Positions 13,701 through 26,728 of a stretch of 64,000 nt of DNA are shown here, piece by piece; position 1 is the stretch's first letter; each line of letters begins with the position of its first letter. The stretch covers positions 26,853-90,852 of the forward strand of contig ADNK01002144.1 of the NCBI GenBank assembly GCA_000320545.1, given 5' to 3'. Source of the stretch: Bigelowiella natans CCMP2755. Taxonomy: Eukaryota; Protista; Cercozoa. Below the pieces are notes generated by a model. It saw nothing but the letters and a program-made list of their open reading frames with translations, made no database searches and was not told the origin of the DNA. Position numbers and translations under genes: made by a program.

Positions 13701-16571
13701 GCCCTTTTCGATAACAAAACTATCAAGCGAAGCACCGACCGTTCTATTATTGTTTATGTGGCACCTACAAAAGCCCTTGTCAATCAGGTATCTGCTGATG
13801 TGTACGCACGTTACGGCATGGTTTTTGGGGTTATGACATTGGATTACAGCGTGAGGCTTAAAGAATGTGAAGTGCTCATTACCATTCCAGAATGCTTGGA
13901 AACGTTATTACTTTCACCAGAAAGTGAAGTCTGGACAAGATGCATCAAGTATGTAGTCTTTGATGAGGTTCACTGTTTGGGAAGCACTGAGAACGGTGCT
14001 GTGTGGGAGCGTCTCCTCAAAATGGTGAGATGTCCCTTCATTGCTTTGTCGGCGACCCTGGGCAACCCTGATGACTTCTCAGAATGGATGGGTAGGATTC
14101 AGCAAACTCACAACAGGAAAATAAATCTCATCATACATCGAACTCGCTGGTCAGACCTGATCAAGTACATGTATCTCCCAAGCGAGCTCCCGCAACTCAC
14201 TGCCTTACAGGGGCAGACTCACGTACTCCCAAGCTTTGAATACGTCCACCCTTGCTCTGCGTTAGGAACTGAACTGGCAAAAACGGGATTTCCTCCGGAC
14301 CTTAACTTTTCCCCAAAAGATTGCATGTTGTTGTACGATGCTATGTTGACCTGCAAGGTTCCGCAAGACGTGCAAAAACGTCTGAGTGACCTCCACCCGC
14401 TCAAATTCTTCAAAGATCTGTTGTACATCAAGAAATACGATGCACAAAAGTTCGAAGCAGCTTTGAAAGATGAATTATATAGATGGTCTGCGAACGGCAT
14501 GAAGAACGAGATACTGGAACTCGTCGGGTTGCTTACCAAAAATTTGGACAAGGGCATTACCAATCTTGAAACATACACTGAAAGGAAGTGCTACGGTGTG
14601 GAATATTTAAAGGAGAATTTCATGCCTCTAATGGTGGACCTTCTCAATGCTGATTACCTACCTGCGGTCGTTTTCAATTTGGACAGGGAGATTTGCGAAG
14701 ACCTTGTTGCATCCATGTTGTTCAAACTTGAGTCGATGGAGGCACAGACTCTGGAAGCTGAAGGTAATAACATTAAAAAAAAGACGAAAGACTACGCAAA
14801 GCAACAAAAGCAGGCAAAACGTGAACGTGATAAGGACAAGAAAAGAAACAAGGACGAAGATGCTGATCCTGGTGATGAGGAAGGAACGGGTCCTGTTGAA
14901 GAAGATCCTATTTACTTCGTCGATCCACGGTTCTCATTTATTGGTAGTGGACAGTCCATGGAATCCGGGGAAATGGAGTGGTGGCTCGATCGTCTTTTGC
15001 GGAAAACAAAATGGCCACGCACTCATCTTCTCATCCGTGCACTTCAGCGTGGTATCGGTGTCCACCACGATGAGCTTGAACGATCATATAAGGATCTCGT
15101 CGAGACTTTGTTTCGCACCAAGCACCTGAAGGTGGTGGTTGCCACTTCAACCTTGGCCCTTGGCGTTAACATGCCTGCAAGAACCACCGTCTTTTGTGGA
15201 GATAGTCCAAATCTCAACCCGTTACGGTACAGACAGATGGCGGGGCGAGCAGGTCGCAGAGGATACGACAATATTGGGAACGTGGTCTTCGTGGGAATTC
15301 CTCCAAAAAAGGTGTACCGTCTCATGACCTCCTCACTCGTCTCCTTGCACGGTCATTTCCCCATGACTCCGACGGTTGCCTTACGTATGGTAAACCACTA
15401 TGGGAAAGTTGCAGCTAAGGCGAATTCGCAGATGACATTAGCCAACATCCTGAAAGAACCCTTCTTCAAGAATCGTGAGGAAATTTCAACCCAGGCTAAA
15501 TTCCACTTCAGATTCTCTCTTCAATACCTTCTTGAGCAGGATCTCATCAAGTATACCCCTGAAAAAGACTTGCAGGTTCATGGGTCTGGTGCGCTCGCAG
15601 TGCATCTTAGATTTGCTCAGCCTGGAAATATCCTATTTGTAAGACTCTGGGACGAAGGGTTATTCGATGAAATTTGTAAGAAGTTCCAAGGAAGAACTGG
15701 CCAACAGGAGATATTGCGCAAGCTGATGCTTGTGATGTCTCACATATTCTTTAGACAGCCCTTACCTGTCGGCACAACAAAAGAATCTCTTGTTAAAGCA
15801 GATTTAGATCCCACAGAAAGCAAGTCTTATGGCATCCTCCCGAAGCTTTCGGAGAAGATCCAAAAAATTATGGACGATCAACGATCGTCTGCACTTCGAC
15901 TTTATTCTTCTTACATCAAGCACTCATGCCTACCAAAACAGGAAGCGCAAGAGCAAGATGAGACTGAATCGCTACCAATATCTTCACTCAAATTGAACAA
16001 TATTGAAGCAGTGCCGACTACATTTCTTGGAAGACTAGCTGCCGCTAGAATTCCTGCCATTGCTCGCAGTGAATATTACCGCATGTCTGGCCATTCTGAT
16101 GATTTCGCATCTTTCTCAGAAATGTGCGACACTGTCAAACCCAATCTTAACATGGATCTTGATGCAATGCCGGCATGTGAAATGAAAGACCACCAACTTC
16201 GAGATATGCCTCTCAATGCTTATGCATCTGATTTCTTCCGACATGGCTCTCTGACTCGCCTTATCAAAGAGAATGGTCTTACATCTGCTAAAGCATGGTA
16301 CCTACTGAAGCAATGGTCATATCTATTGAAAGATATTGCGAAGGGTGTCAAAGAACTCCGAAAACCTACTGATAAGGAGGTTGAGTATGAACACTACTAC
16401 GGGGAAGCTGCTCCTGACAATATGGAGAAGAACGAGACTGTCAAGGCTTTTGTGCAATTAAATTCCCAATTTCAGGAGTTGTTCAGGAATTGGAATAGGA
16501 CACAGACAAATGAAAGGAAGAAAATGGAGGAAATTAAGAAACAGGAAATTCAGAAATTTGAGGAGGATTAA
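10711..16571 (+). CDS. DDX60: DDX60-like Ski2-family DExH RNA helicase
   Basis: 5' exons give the DDX60 N-terminal signature VHGDSVLLDVLSHPLLDWSRGGQILQFFY...IFKVVFFD. The large exon has YRFQLMYAGHLMVR, DDRVSGFYPDKWQRNLLD, APTSSGKT, YVAPTKALVNQ, FDEVH, ALSATLGNP, ATSTLALGVNMPARTTVF and YRQMAGRAGRRGYD. Confidence 0.9.
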
Positions 16572-16914
16572 AACTTCTTTCTTGTACAACAAGTGCACGA
16601 ACCTCGAATTATCCCTTGCAGCCAAAATTATACAATTTTCAATTTCATCCAATCAAAAATATTTGACTTGCTTTAAAATCATCATAGTGATTTTTCTTGC
16701 GATTAGTAGCCCTGTGTGTGCACAAATGCGGACGCTGTGGCCTATCTAGCTATGCATATGAGCATGCTGTGCTGAATAGCATGCTGTGCAATTTGGACAC
16801 ACCGTGCTGCGCGATGCTCACAACTAACTAGCTAGCTCAGTAGCTGGCGCGTGCGCCTATTTTGCCTATTGAATACTCGACGAGCGTGTCCTATCTCTGG
16901 CACGGTACTGCATG

Positions 16915-17029
16915 CTATGAAACGGGCGGGTGCAATGAATATTTTATTAATAAGTTTGAATTTTTCAATTGTCATCCTAATTAGCTAATGCATAGCTGTG
17001 CAAAGCCGCGCTAGCGCGGCTACAGCGCT
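16915..17029 (+). repeat. Conserved dispersed element, copy 1 (convergent spacer)
   Basis: TTTTTCAATTGTCATCCTAAT...TAGCTGTGCAAAGCCGCG...CGGCTACAGCG matches the copies at ~32290, ~46370 and ~58410 (reverse). Confidence 0.8.
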
Positions 17030-17759
17030 TATACGTTGCATGAACTGATTTGTTTGTGTCTGTGTTGTGTCTGCCAGGCTAGCACGATGTCAAGATGCCT
17101 GCTATATGCATGTCATGTGCATGGCATTATTATCATTATCAACGATTGTTGGTTGTGTATGATGCATGCATACATGCTCATTACGTACACACGTTATATT
17201 CGGCCCCTTTTAGCCTTGCGCATGCTAGCATGCCTCGCACGCACATACCTGCGATGCGATGCGCAGCGTCGAGCGGGACCCTGCGCCAAATGCACGCCAT
17301 CTGCTACGATACGTAGAGCCTATGCGCTACTTTAATGCTTGAATTTCTAGGCCAGCTAGCCACAAGCATGGGCACATGTACGAGTCTAGCAGACAATTTA
17401 CAGCCTATGCAATTCCGCGACAGCGACAAGTTACGATGTGCCTAGCAGCTAGCTAGGATACGGCTATGTTGCTTACACGAGCGATCGATGGCGCAGCATT
17501 ACAATAGCTATAAAATGTGGAGGTTGCAGCGCATCACATTATCTAGTCGTGCATGTCGCTAAATAAAGCCCCCCGCGGGCATGCACCTGTAGCCTCATGA
17601 GGGCATGCAATGCAGTGTGGCCATGCTCTGGCGGGAACAAAACACCTGGACACTTCTGCCATATAAGCACTAGCTAGCAGAGACTGTATATACACCTTAC
17701 GCTGTTTTGATGCAGCCAAGATAAAGACATGTCCCATAATTGAATCCCGTTTGATTATT

Positions 17760-20029
17760 GCATTAAAAGACAAGTGAATCCATGAACACAAGTAGATAGC
17801 CTCTGCAACGTTCGAGCATTTATTCGTAGAATATTTTGACCGAGATCAGTGTGGCGCACCGTCATTGCATCTCTTAAAACAAATTACATATGCTGGAAGA
17901 TATGTATTCTAATATGCCGAAAATAAAAAATAGAAGTGGCAGCTCGTACACCAATTCCCATGCCAGCATGGAGTAAGTGATGGCCATTTTCTCTCCTGCG
18001 TTTGCTGCATACGCTGCCTCAACGGTAACTAGCACAGTCATAGGGACGATAATGAGAGCCTGAAACAGTATTCCATTAGCATGACAGCGAAACAAAGTTA
18101 TAATTGAAGTATATTGGCCTATCGTTGCGCAACGTTGCTAGGGATGAACATCCACAACGTGTAAAAATAATATGCAAAATTCATGTGTGGTATCACACTC
18201 CTAAAATGTGTCAAGCAAAGAAGTAGTAATTCAATGAATATCGACCTGGACCCCACAATAAATCGAGATGGCGAGTTTCTTTTCCATACAAGAATAGGCC
18301 CTAATTGTTTGAGGAAGCGCAGCACGCACAAAACAAGCACAACGAATGCCCGAACCATCAAGAGCTTATTCTTATGCCGTGCATGAATGGAATATACAAT
18401 ATAATATGATATACAGTGTACGAAGTCTCATTAAAGATTACTATTTCATATTACCATGCAAATAGGGGCATTATAATAAGCTGAATCAGAAACATTGCTG
18501 GAATGATGCAAGCTGGTATCCTTTAAACAAACCAATGTAGAACACATATTCATATTCAGCGACGCAAATCTACCAATTTGTGTATGTATGACAAATTGAA
18601 TTTAATATAAACATGAACATATTTAAGTGTAACAAAATAATTTTCACCAGAGTTCAGCGTAGTAGTAGTCCTGAGGAGCCACACCAACGTAGCAACTTGA
18701 AGCGGAATTCTGATGGGAAAATCCGAAATATAAAATTTCTACAAACTACGCAAATATACATTTAGAGGGTACATTTCCCGCCTCTGAGAAGTCCTTCAAG
18801 TGTAAGTCGAAGATGGTTGAAACGATAGACAGCATTATTACTCCTAAAATTGCGGGTTGTGGTCGTCTAAATCAGTAAAAGATTCATTAACGAACGAAGA
18901 GGAGAATGAAGTGGAAAGAAGTGATGAGAGTTGCAGTGTAAGTGAGAGAAAAGAGCTATCAGACAAAGAAGATATCTACACCTAATAAGAGATTCAGTAG
19001 AGTTTGGAAAGCGAGTGTTGCCCATGCTGGTGAATCCATTTCTTTTTCTATAAAGCTCCACACAGCCAATATGATGCCAAATATCATTGCGAAACCTAAT
19101 TGCATTTTATTTTTTCGAGATGTAAAGGGAATTGAAAACATTTGTAAGCAAATTGATTTGAAACTATGATCAGTATTGCGTGGATATCATTAGCAATGAG
19201 GAAACAAAACAGACTGAATATATTCTATTACAACCCATGACGAGTCCCGTATACACTTCGTAATAATAGACCTGGCTTCGAAAGTATATTCTGAAAAGAA
19301 TGAGTCATTATTCTTTAAACGCACGATTGGTATTTTCAATTGGAAAAAGAGTGCTACTACATATGAGGTGTGTATTTGTTCCATGCACATATTATTTGCC
19401 TCCCTACATATGCATAATCGTTATTACCCTTCATATCGTCCCATGGATCCTCGAGTGTCATAATAAAATAGGTGAAAGCCTAATAGATTCACTCTGTCGT
19501 CCGCAACTCCATATTTGTAGACGCATCTGAATAATGAGGAGAAGAGATCTGACACCTGTTGAGTACAAATCATCGATGGAATACACTAATTCTGTACTTT
19601 CCGAACTCAAAGAAATGTTGAGGATTCTCTTTTGCTTGAACTTTGCATGCCTAGATACAAAGGAAAATTAGTAAGAGTAATAGCGGATCTCAGGAGACAG
19701 AGTTTTGTTGGGGGAACGTGTATTTTGCATCACCTCGCATATCTCTTTAGACGAATAGTGGTCTTGTATCGCATCTTGACGCTAAAAATATGCATCTGTT
19801 TTATTTAATCCTCCTCCTTAGTTACTTCTAAGTTTATACTCAACCTTTCCTGCTTCCATGTTCAGAAACGTGAAAAGTATTATCTATGTAGAAGAAGCAG
19901 CAAAATTTCAGCGTATGTCTTACTCAAACCCAATTAGCTACTTACGATTCTGACAACATTTGCAACTGCATATGGTAATGATAGCGTTGGCCATAGCCTG
20001 AAGGTGATTGGAACATCCTCATCCTCCAT
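17760..20029 (-). CDS. Multi-exon multi-pass membrane protein of unknown function (3' end approximate)
   Basis: Start MEDEDVPITFRLWPTLSLPYAVANVVRI|gtaagt at 20029. Hydrophobic exons include QLGFAMIFGIILAVWSF, WATLAFQTLLNLLLG, LMVRAFVVLVLCVL and ALIIVPMTVLVTV, with GT-AG introns. Confidence 0.6.
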
Positions 20030-20102
20030 CAGCGCACGCTTGCTCGATTTGTACAATTATTCAAAAAATTCAAATTCTCAGCATCTTTTTGTACGCGCCT
20101 AT

Positions 20103-20263
20103 ACCAGGTAGTAACGGGTGGTACATTCATCATCCGACAGTACCACAGAACACCATGTATCAGGAGGAATAACCAGGTAGTAACGGGTAGTACATTCATC
20201 ATCCGACAGTACCACAGAACACCATGTGTCAGGAGGAATAACCAGGTAGTAACGGGTAGTAAC
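20103..20263. repeat. 69-bp tandem repeat, about 2.3 copies, in a divergent intergenic region
   Basis: ACCAGGTAGTAACGGGT starts at 20103, 20172 and 20241; the units are near-identical. Confidence 0.95.
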
Positions 20264-20501
20264 TGGTGGTAAATTACCAACGATTTTGGTGCTCTCTCCT
20301 CTCCTCCGCCCGTGAACAGAACCAGGTAGCTTCAAGCATCAAGCTTCCGAAGAGAAGGAGGAAGAGGGGGGAGGAGGAGGAGGAGGACGATTCGGAGATC
20401 AAGCGGCGGCCCGTATACGAAGCAACCAGCATCAGGAAGGAAGGACCACAAGGAAGCTGGCGGCGGACACTCCTAGAAACAGAACCCGAACCCTACTGCT
20501 A

Positions 20502-21765
20502 ATGGCAATTGTGCTGGGGACGTGTGCATCACCACCAAAAATCGAAAAGGCAGAAATCAGATGCGCCCTGGATCGTTGGGTCTCAAAGGTTTGATCATGA
20601 AAAGCGAAAGCGGTGTGACTGCATGATGATCTCTGAAGATTCCTCATTGGTAATGTTTTTAGGTTGTCGTCGTTACAACAATAATTTTCTTACTCCGGAC
20701 ATTGATAAATCCGTATCCCTCCCATGCGAGCACTTGTTACAAGCGCCATCTAAAGTATGAAAACACCTGGAGAAGGAGGGAACCGAAAATCACAAAGATA
20801 AGGGGGGGCTGTTTCGAGGCTGCCCCCCCTCTTCTTCCTCCCTCGTCGACTGAGATGGGGGAGACTACTACAGCCCACAGCGATTGCGATGATCCAATGG
20901 TCGCAGAAATATGTTGCGAAGCTCCAGACAAAGAGGAAGGATGGAGCTCCTGTGGTACTATAGAATTTAAGCGCTAGCTGATTGACAATATGACAACTAC
21001 AAAACGGCATCATCGCTTTGTGCACCGAGAACTGACTGCTGTGGTCTTTAAGTAGTTCGAAGACGGGGTGTTATGCAACCCTTTCCCTTCATTCTTTTTG
21101 ATAGATAGTAGTTTTGAAGGAGTAAGGATAAACTTGTTTTGAAAACAACTGTGTGTCAATATACTCTGATGTAGGAGAATCGTCTATGTCGGATATGGTG
21201 AAACATCTAGAGGAAAGCACGGTTATTATTGTTTATTATTATTATTATTGTTGTTGTTATTTGTAAGACACAGTCTCTTGAACATACGCACTGTTGGCTG
21301 CTGCTACGTTTTCTTCATCCATTAACGCAAGAGCATAATGAATAATAGGCAGAAAAACTGGGCGGTGGAACACCACGTTCTCAATCATCGCCATCAATTC
21401 TTGACAATTTGATTATGGCACACCGAGAAAAGGTTTTCTGAATAAATCGTTTCCTCAAAATAACCAACCCATATTCTCATTGCACTTTAAATGTATTTTG
21501 CAACTTTGATAATAGCGAGTAGAGGGTCTGTTAAAGAATGCTTCAACCGTGAAGAAGGAAAGAGTCAGGATATACGCCGGATCTAGTGATGTAATATAAC
21601 ATGATGGATTGAATGAAAATACTCAGTAGCATGAGCGGGATCAATAACCAGCAGTATAGTTGCTAAGTAAAGTAGAGGTTTGCATCGGATTGATGATTGC
21701 AGGGAATAAGTATGTAGCTAGGGGTTGTTGCGGTAGGTGAGATCGTACTGCTAGTAGCAGTAGTA

Positions 21766-21805
<40 letters not shown>

Positions 21806-23215
21806 GAGGAGGAGGAGGAGGAGAGATACGATATTGTTCAAATAATGTATTACTTACATACTAGGGCGAAACTGGAAGCTTGATACTCACATATCTGACA
21901 GATTCTTTTTATTTTGAACATAGTTTTCAGATACAGGATCATCTACAAGAGATTTAGTCGAAGAATGCAAGGAGCATATGCTATCACCCGGTTGTAAGTA
22001 GTACCAGCGAGTAGTACTGATAGTATCCCAAATGTATTCTCAGAAGACAAATAGTCGATAGCGTGCAATAATAGAGACTCTTGGCCGACAACGGGGCCTA
22101 GTCGCCATCATTAGTGTTGCGGTGTTAAGTTACTGGAAGCTTCTTATTAATACTACGTGCTTTTGTAGACTATCAGAAGATGCTACAAAAAACAAACAAC
22201 TGTTCTTCGCAGGTAGTGTTGCTGGCCTGATCACTATACTTGTATTTCCGATGATGATGATGATGATTATTATTATTATTATTATTGTTATTATTGTTAT
22301 TATTATTGCATTCGTTCGGTTCATAATGCATTCTTGATCAGTCGATATGTTGGAAGAAGGACCTTTACAATTGAAAACATAATCAGAAATCCTTGGCCTA
22401 CCGTCACCTACTTGTTTTCTTCCTCTTCTTCTTCTTCTTCTTCTTGATATATCAGGGTGCTGTTTCTTCGTTGTCCGATTTTACAGACGAATTTAGTGGA
22501 CGCCTTATAATCTCAATGGTAGCAAATACTATACGTGACCATTAGACGCAAGGAAGAAGAAGAATGAGAAGAATAGACGAATTTGCTGCTCCTGTTGTTA
22601 TTACACGTACTTATTGCATTTTTAATCAAAGTGAAATCTCTTTGTAGATTTCACGGCATGCTATCACATTTGTCCATGATTCATGCATGATATTTAGTCT
22701 ACCACAAAATAGTAATAGTAGTAGTATCAGCAGTAGCATCAATGTGGATTAGGAGGGATAATGATAATCCACTACCACTACTACTACTACTACTACCACG
22801 AGCATAATGATGATGATGACAATGATGATAGTGGTGATGGTTGATAATACTACGAGAAGGAAAGAGATAATGGATGATGGAGACGTAGTAAATTGGTGCT
22901 CCTAAGGACATTTATGCTATGATGACAGAGGAGCGAAGAAGACCGCAGTGATTCTCTGTTTCGCTCAATAGCAAGGAATGTCTACGGCGATGACATCTAC
23001 GGTTTGCTCTTACCACTGCTCCGGATACATCATTAGCTAGTAGCATCCTCACACTCTTCATTGTGTTAGAAATTAAGCATCATCATCATCATCGTCATCA
23101 TCACCAACTACACTGAGGATGTATTTGTTCGTCCGAATCAGCAAACAATGTCCGTATTCGGATATGTGATTGGTAATTGACATGTCATCTGCAGCATCAC
23201 TCAAAACCTGCCTCT

Positions 23216-23252
<37 letters not shown>

Positions 23253-23410
23253 CACTACTACTACTACGCACATTTGTGAGTTGACTTCATCACTTCTTCG
23301 TTTTCCTCCACCAACTGTCCTCCTGTTTGCTGTCAACCACGGAGTGAGTGGTGGTTTCTAACGATGATGATTAATGATGATTATGGTTTTGAGTCTCATT
23401 TCTTCTTCTT

Positions 23411-23442
<32 letters not shown>

Positions 23443-24734
23443 GGATTGATAATGGCAAGTTGAGATTAGTGGGGGGTACAACTAACAGCATGGCCGTTGT
23501 TAACTTTAGGATGAGCACATATTTGCTGCCAGACTCTGCAATGTATAGACAGCAAACGGCGGGTTTATCCGAGTCAATATACAGGTAGTGGTAGCAGTAA
23601 GTAGGCCGCACTACTTTATCAATAGTGCTGTATGATGATGAAGGAAGAAACCTCCTGTTGTAAGGAATGGGGAGAGAGAGGAGGGAGAGGAGGGAGAGAA
23701 GAAGAAGAAGAAGAAGAAGAAGAAGAACCTCACTTAAATATCTGGTTCACCACATTCAGCACACTTAATACTGACATGTATTACATGCTCCCGGCTTCTT
23801 GTTTCCTTTCTTTGATGGACGTACATGCGCACCAACAGGGATTGGATTTGGCGCATCTACAAGCCTTTCCTTCATAACAACTGGACACTACCTGTCGAAA
23901 TTGCTGCTGCTGCTTTTTCCGGATCATCATCATCATCACCATCATCAATAAAAGCAGAAGAGAAATCATCATCTTTAGAACCATTACGCAATTATATCCG
24001 TGATCTCAGGAAGCTACCATCGATAGGAAGACATAGCGTGCTACCATCAACATCAACATCATCATCTTCAGCAGCAGCAGCAACAACGACGGCAGCGCGT
24101 CGTTCTTCTTCTTCTTCTTCTTCTTCTTCTTCTTCTTCCTCTTATCTTGATGGGGGTTATTTAGAAGCTGTGGTGTCGCAGTACTGTTTTCAAACGAACA
24201 TGTAAGTAAAGGCACTTATCATCACCAAGAAACAAATAACAACAGCTACAGCTGTTGTTTCTCAGCAAGAGTATGGAGACCAACGACGACCGATAATATC
24301 ATTTTCACACAATGATAGTAGCGATGGTGATAATGATGGTGATGACAATTTTGTGGAATGTTTAGATGCCTCTTCCTGATATCATTATGATAATAGTAAA
24401 AATAATAATTATTATAATTATGTATCATCAGGCACATCTGGAGCGGTTCTAACTGCCTACTTGAAGGTCTATATCGCCGATGCCCATGCATACACGACGC
24501 ACACATGACTGCTATAGCCTTACGAGAGGAAGGAGGAAACCAACAACAGCAGCAACAACAACCAAGAAAATGGAGGGGGGGAAGGGGCAATGTGTTGGAT
24601 GAGCGAGAAGGGGGTCCACAGATTAAGCTTGGAATGCTTTCTCTCAACTTACTGAGCATGCTTTACAATGTGTTCTTTGAGCTGAAGTTGGATACTACCT
24701 CACGCAGAAGCGTAGGATCATTATACACATTTGC

Positions 24735-24771
<37 letters not shown>

Positions 24772-25419
24772 GTCGTTTGGTGCGGTTTGAGTAGTATCTA
24801 CTGCATGTTATTGTATTCCCATCTCAGCGACGAAGAGACCATTAGTTGTTCGAGTCAAGGCAAAGAAAGAGTAGTAGTAGTAGCAGTAGGAGTAGTAGTC
24901 CCCTTCCCAACTTAATTTCACTTGGTTGCTAGCTTTAAAGCTCGTACTGAACGAATAATCCCACTTAGCCCCCCCCGCCCAACACGGTTGTGACGTTTTG
25001 GTGATGAAGTATTGCTACTCCATGACATTCACTGAATATATTGGTTGGTTGCATCTGGTGGTGGTGATTATTCTAGTGAGTACGGACTTCATCGCAGGTT
25101 GGACGGTACATGGAACCCAGGTAGTAGAACGAATGCTTAAGACTACGAGGATGTTTAATGCGAAAGGAATCAAAGAAAAGGCTGTTATAATACGGATATG
25201 AGTATATCCCCTCAGCGTATTCCAACTGACGTGTGTAGTAGTAGTAGTGGTGTGGTAGAAGTTACAAAAACCTGCACGAGTCCCATTGTGTGTTGTTGCT
25301 TTTGCCGTAGTACTTCCTCGTATTGAAAGATTTTGCTGGAGGAATGATGATAAGCTGGTAGGTATTAGAGGTGCTGCGGTAGTATTAGTAGTAGTTGTAG
25401 TAGTAGTAGTGGTCGTGTT

Positions 25420-25453
<34 letters not shown>

Positions 25454-26161
25454 GGATGATGAGGATGATGAGGATGATGATGAGGCTGCTTTCGTGGTTC
25501 TTGCTCTCCTGAGTCATGCTTACATATTTTTCATCTTTGTCCAGGATCGTTCGATGCGCATGAAGCCTACCAAACGTCGTGAATTGGGATCGAAACCAAG
25601 AAAGAGCTGTGCCGATAATTTGGTGATTGCAGTCATATTTAGCCATGTATTTCTAATAAAAATGATGATGAGGTAGTGTCGGTGAGCTCCTGCTTACTAC
25701 TGGTATTTGTTGTCAGGTTGTAGGATCTTCCGACTTGGAATCAACGGACGACATGTTCCACACGTGAGGAGTCAACAAAACGTGCATCATCGTACAAAGC
25801 GCTACTTTCATAGATTGTTATAGGCGAAGAAAGGGGGTTGCGGATAGCGTGCTGCTCATTTTGAATTCTTACAAACATCATTTCGTCCTCCGCCTCACCA
25901 TATTTGTCCATCCATCACAGGCCACCTGGTCAGACCGTTGTACAGCTCGCAGAAGGCGAAGCTTCTATTCCTTGCATGAATTGCGGATTCAATATGACAT
26001 CTGTTGAAATCGCGAGTAGCACTCAAGCTGGAGAAGGCCCCTATACAAATTGGACGCGAGACGTTCAAGAAAGGGGATATTCTATTTTGCGGTGTGAAAT
26101 GTGCGGCACCGCACACCAGGAGTACCAAGGCCAACCAGCGCATAATTTCTTTCGCAAATGA
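20502..26161 (+). CDS. Large many-exon protein of unknown function ending in a CxxC...CxxC zinc-ribbon (start approximate)
   Basis: Short open exons bounded by AG/GT between microsatellite-filled introns (e.g. AEKLGGGTPRSQSSPSILDNLIMAHREK, IKLGMLSLNLLSMLYNVFFELK). Last exon: IPCMNCGFNM...ILRCEMCGTAHQEY...FFRK*. Confidence 0.55.
21230..25490. repeat. Cluster of mostly intronic microsatellites (ATT, AGT, GAT, TTC, GAA, AT)n
   Basis: Examples: (AGT)n ~21750-21805, (TTC)n ~23400-23438, (AT)n ~24738-24770, (GAT)n ~25419-25482. Confidence 0.9.
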
Positions 26162-26728
26162 AAGCGAAGCCATTGCAACTTGCGTGTATGTTTTGTGCGT
26201 TTGGGACGTCGTGGTTATTGTAAACATGTTAATTCACGTTTAGATGAGTGCTAGCACCGCTGTAATTGGGTCCCATTATGGTGCATGATAGCTGCTATTA
26301 ATGTAATGACTTGTACCACGTGTGCAAAGCGACAGATTGCCCACCGAGCAACTATTGCAGCTTATTGCATCAAGACATCTAGACATTGCACGTTGTTCCC
26401 TTTATATCATATTGTCGAGCATGCATTGTACGTCGCCATGTGTGAGTAGAAAAGTATGAACATAAATTTTAGACGAGAGCACGGCCATACGTCGATGTCG
26501 CCAATGCGCTTGCGTGGCGCTGTAATACTGAGGCCTATAATCAGTGTTAGCTCGCCAAAGTTAATTTTTCTTCACGGATAAACGCTATCCTTAATCATCG
26601 GACAATAATCTCAATTTTCACTAATGAATCTTATTAGCATTCGCGCTTAACTCTTCTTTCGGAACATGCGATACGACTCATCTCATATTATGCATATCAA
26701 ACTGCTAAGCGCTCCTCGAATTCTAACT

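Noticed and set aside
12083-15327. Overlapping ORFs inside the DDX60 exon
   Set aside because: Antisense or alternate-frame shadows of a strongly supported gene.
17036-17335. Cys/His/Met-rich ORFs in convergent spacers (also 32078-32316, 35121-35612, 46437-46876)
   Set aside because: Expected by-products of TG/CA-rich composition and fewer TAA/TAG stops; no recognisable domains.
20103-20263. 69-bp repeat as a CRISPR array or 23-aa repeat protein
   Set aside because: No unique spacers, no cas genes, eukaryotic context; it lies upstream of the likely ATG at 20029.
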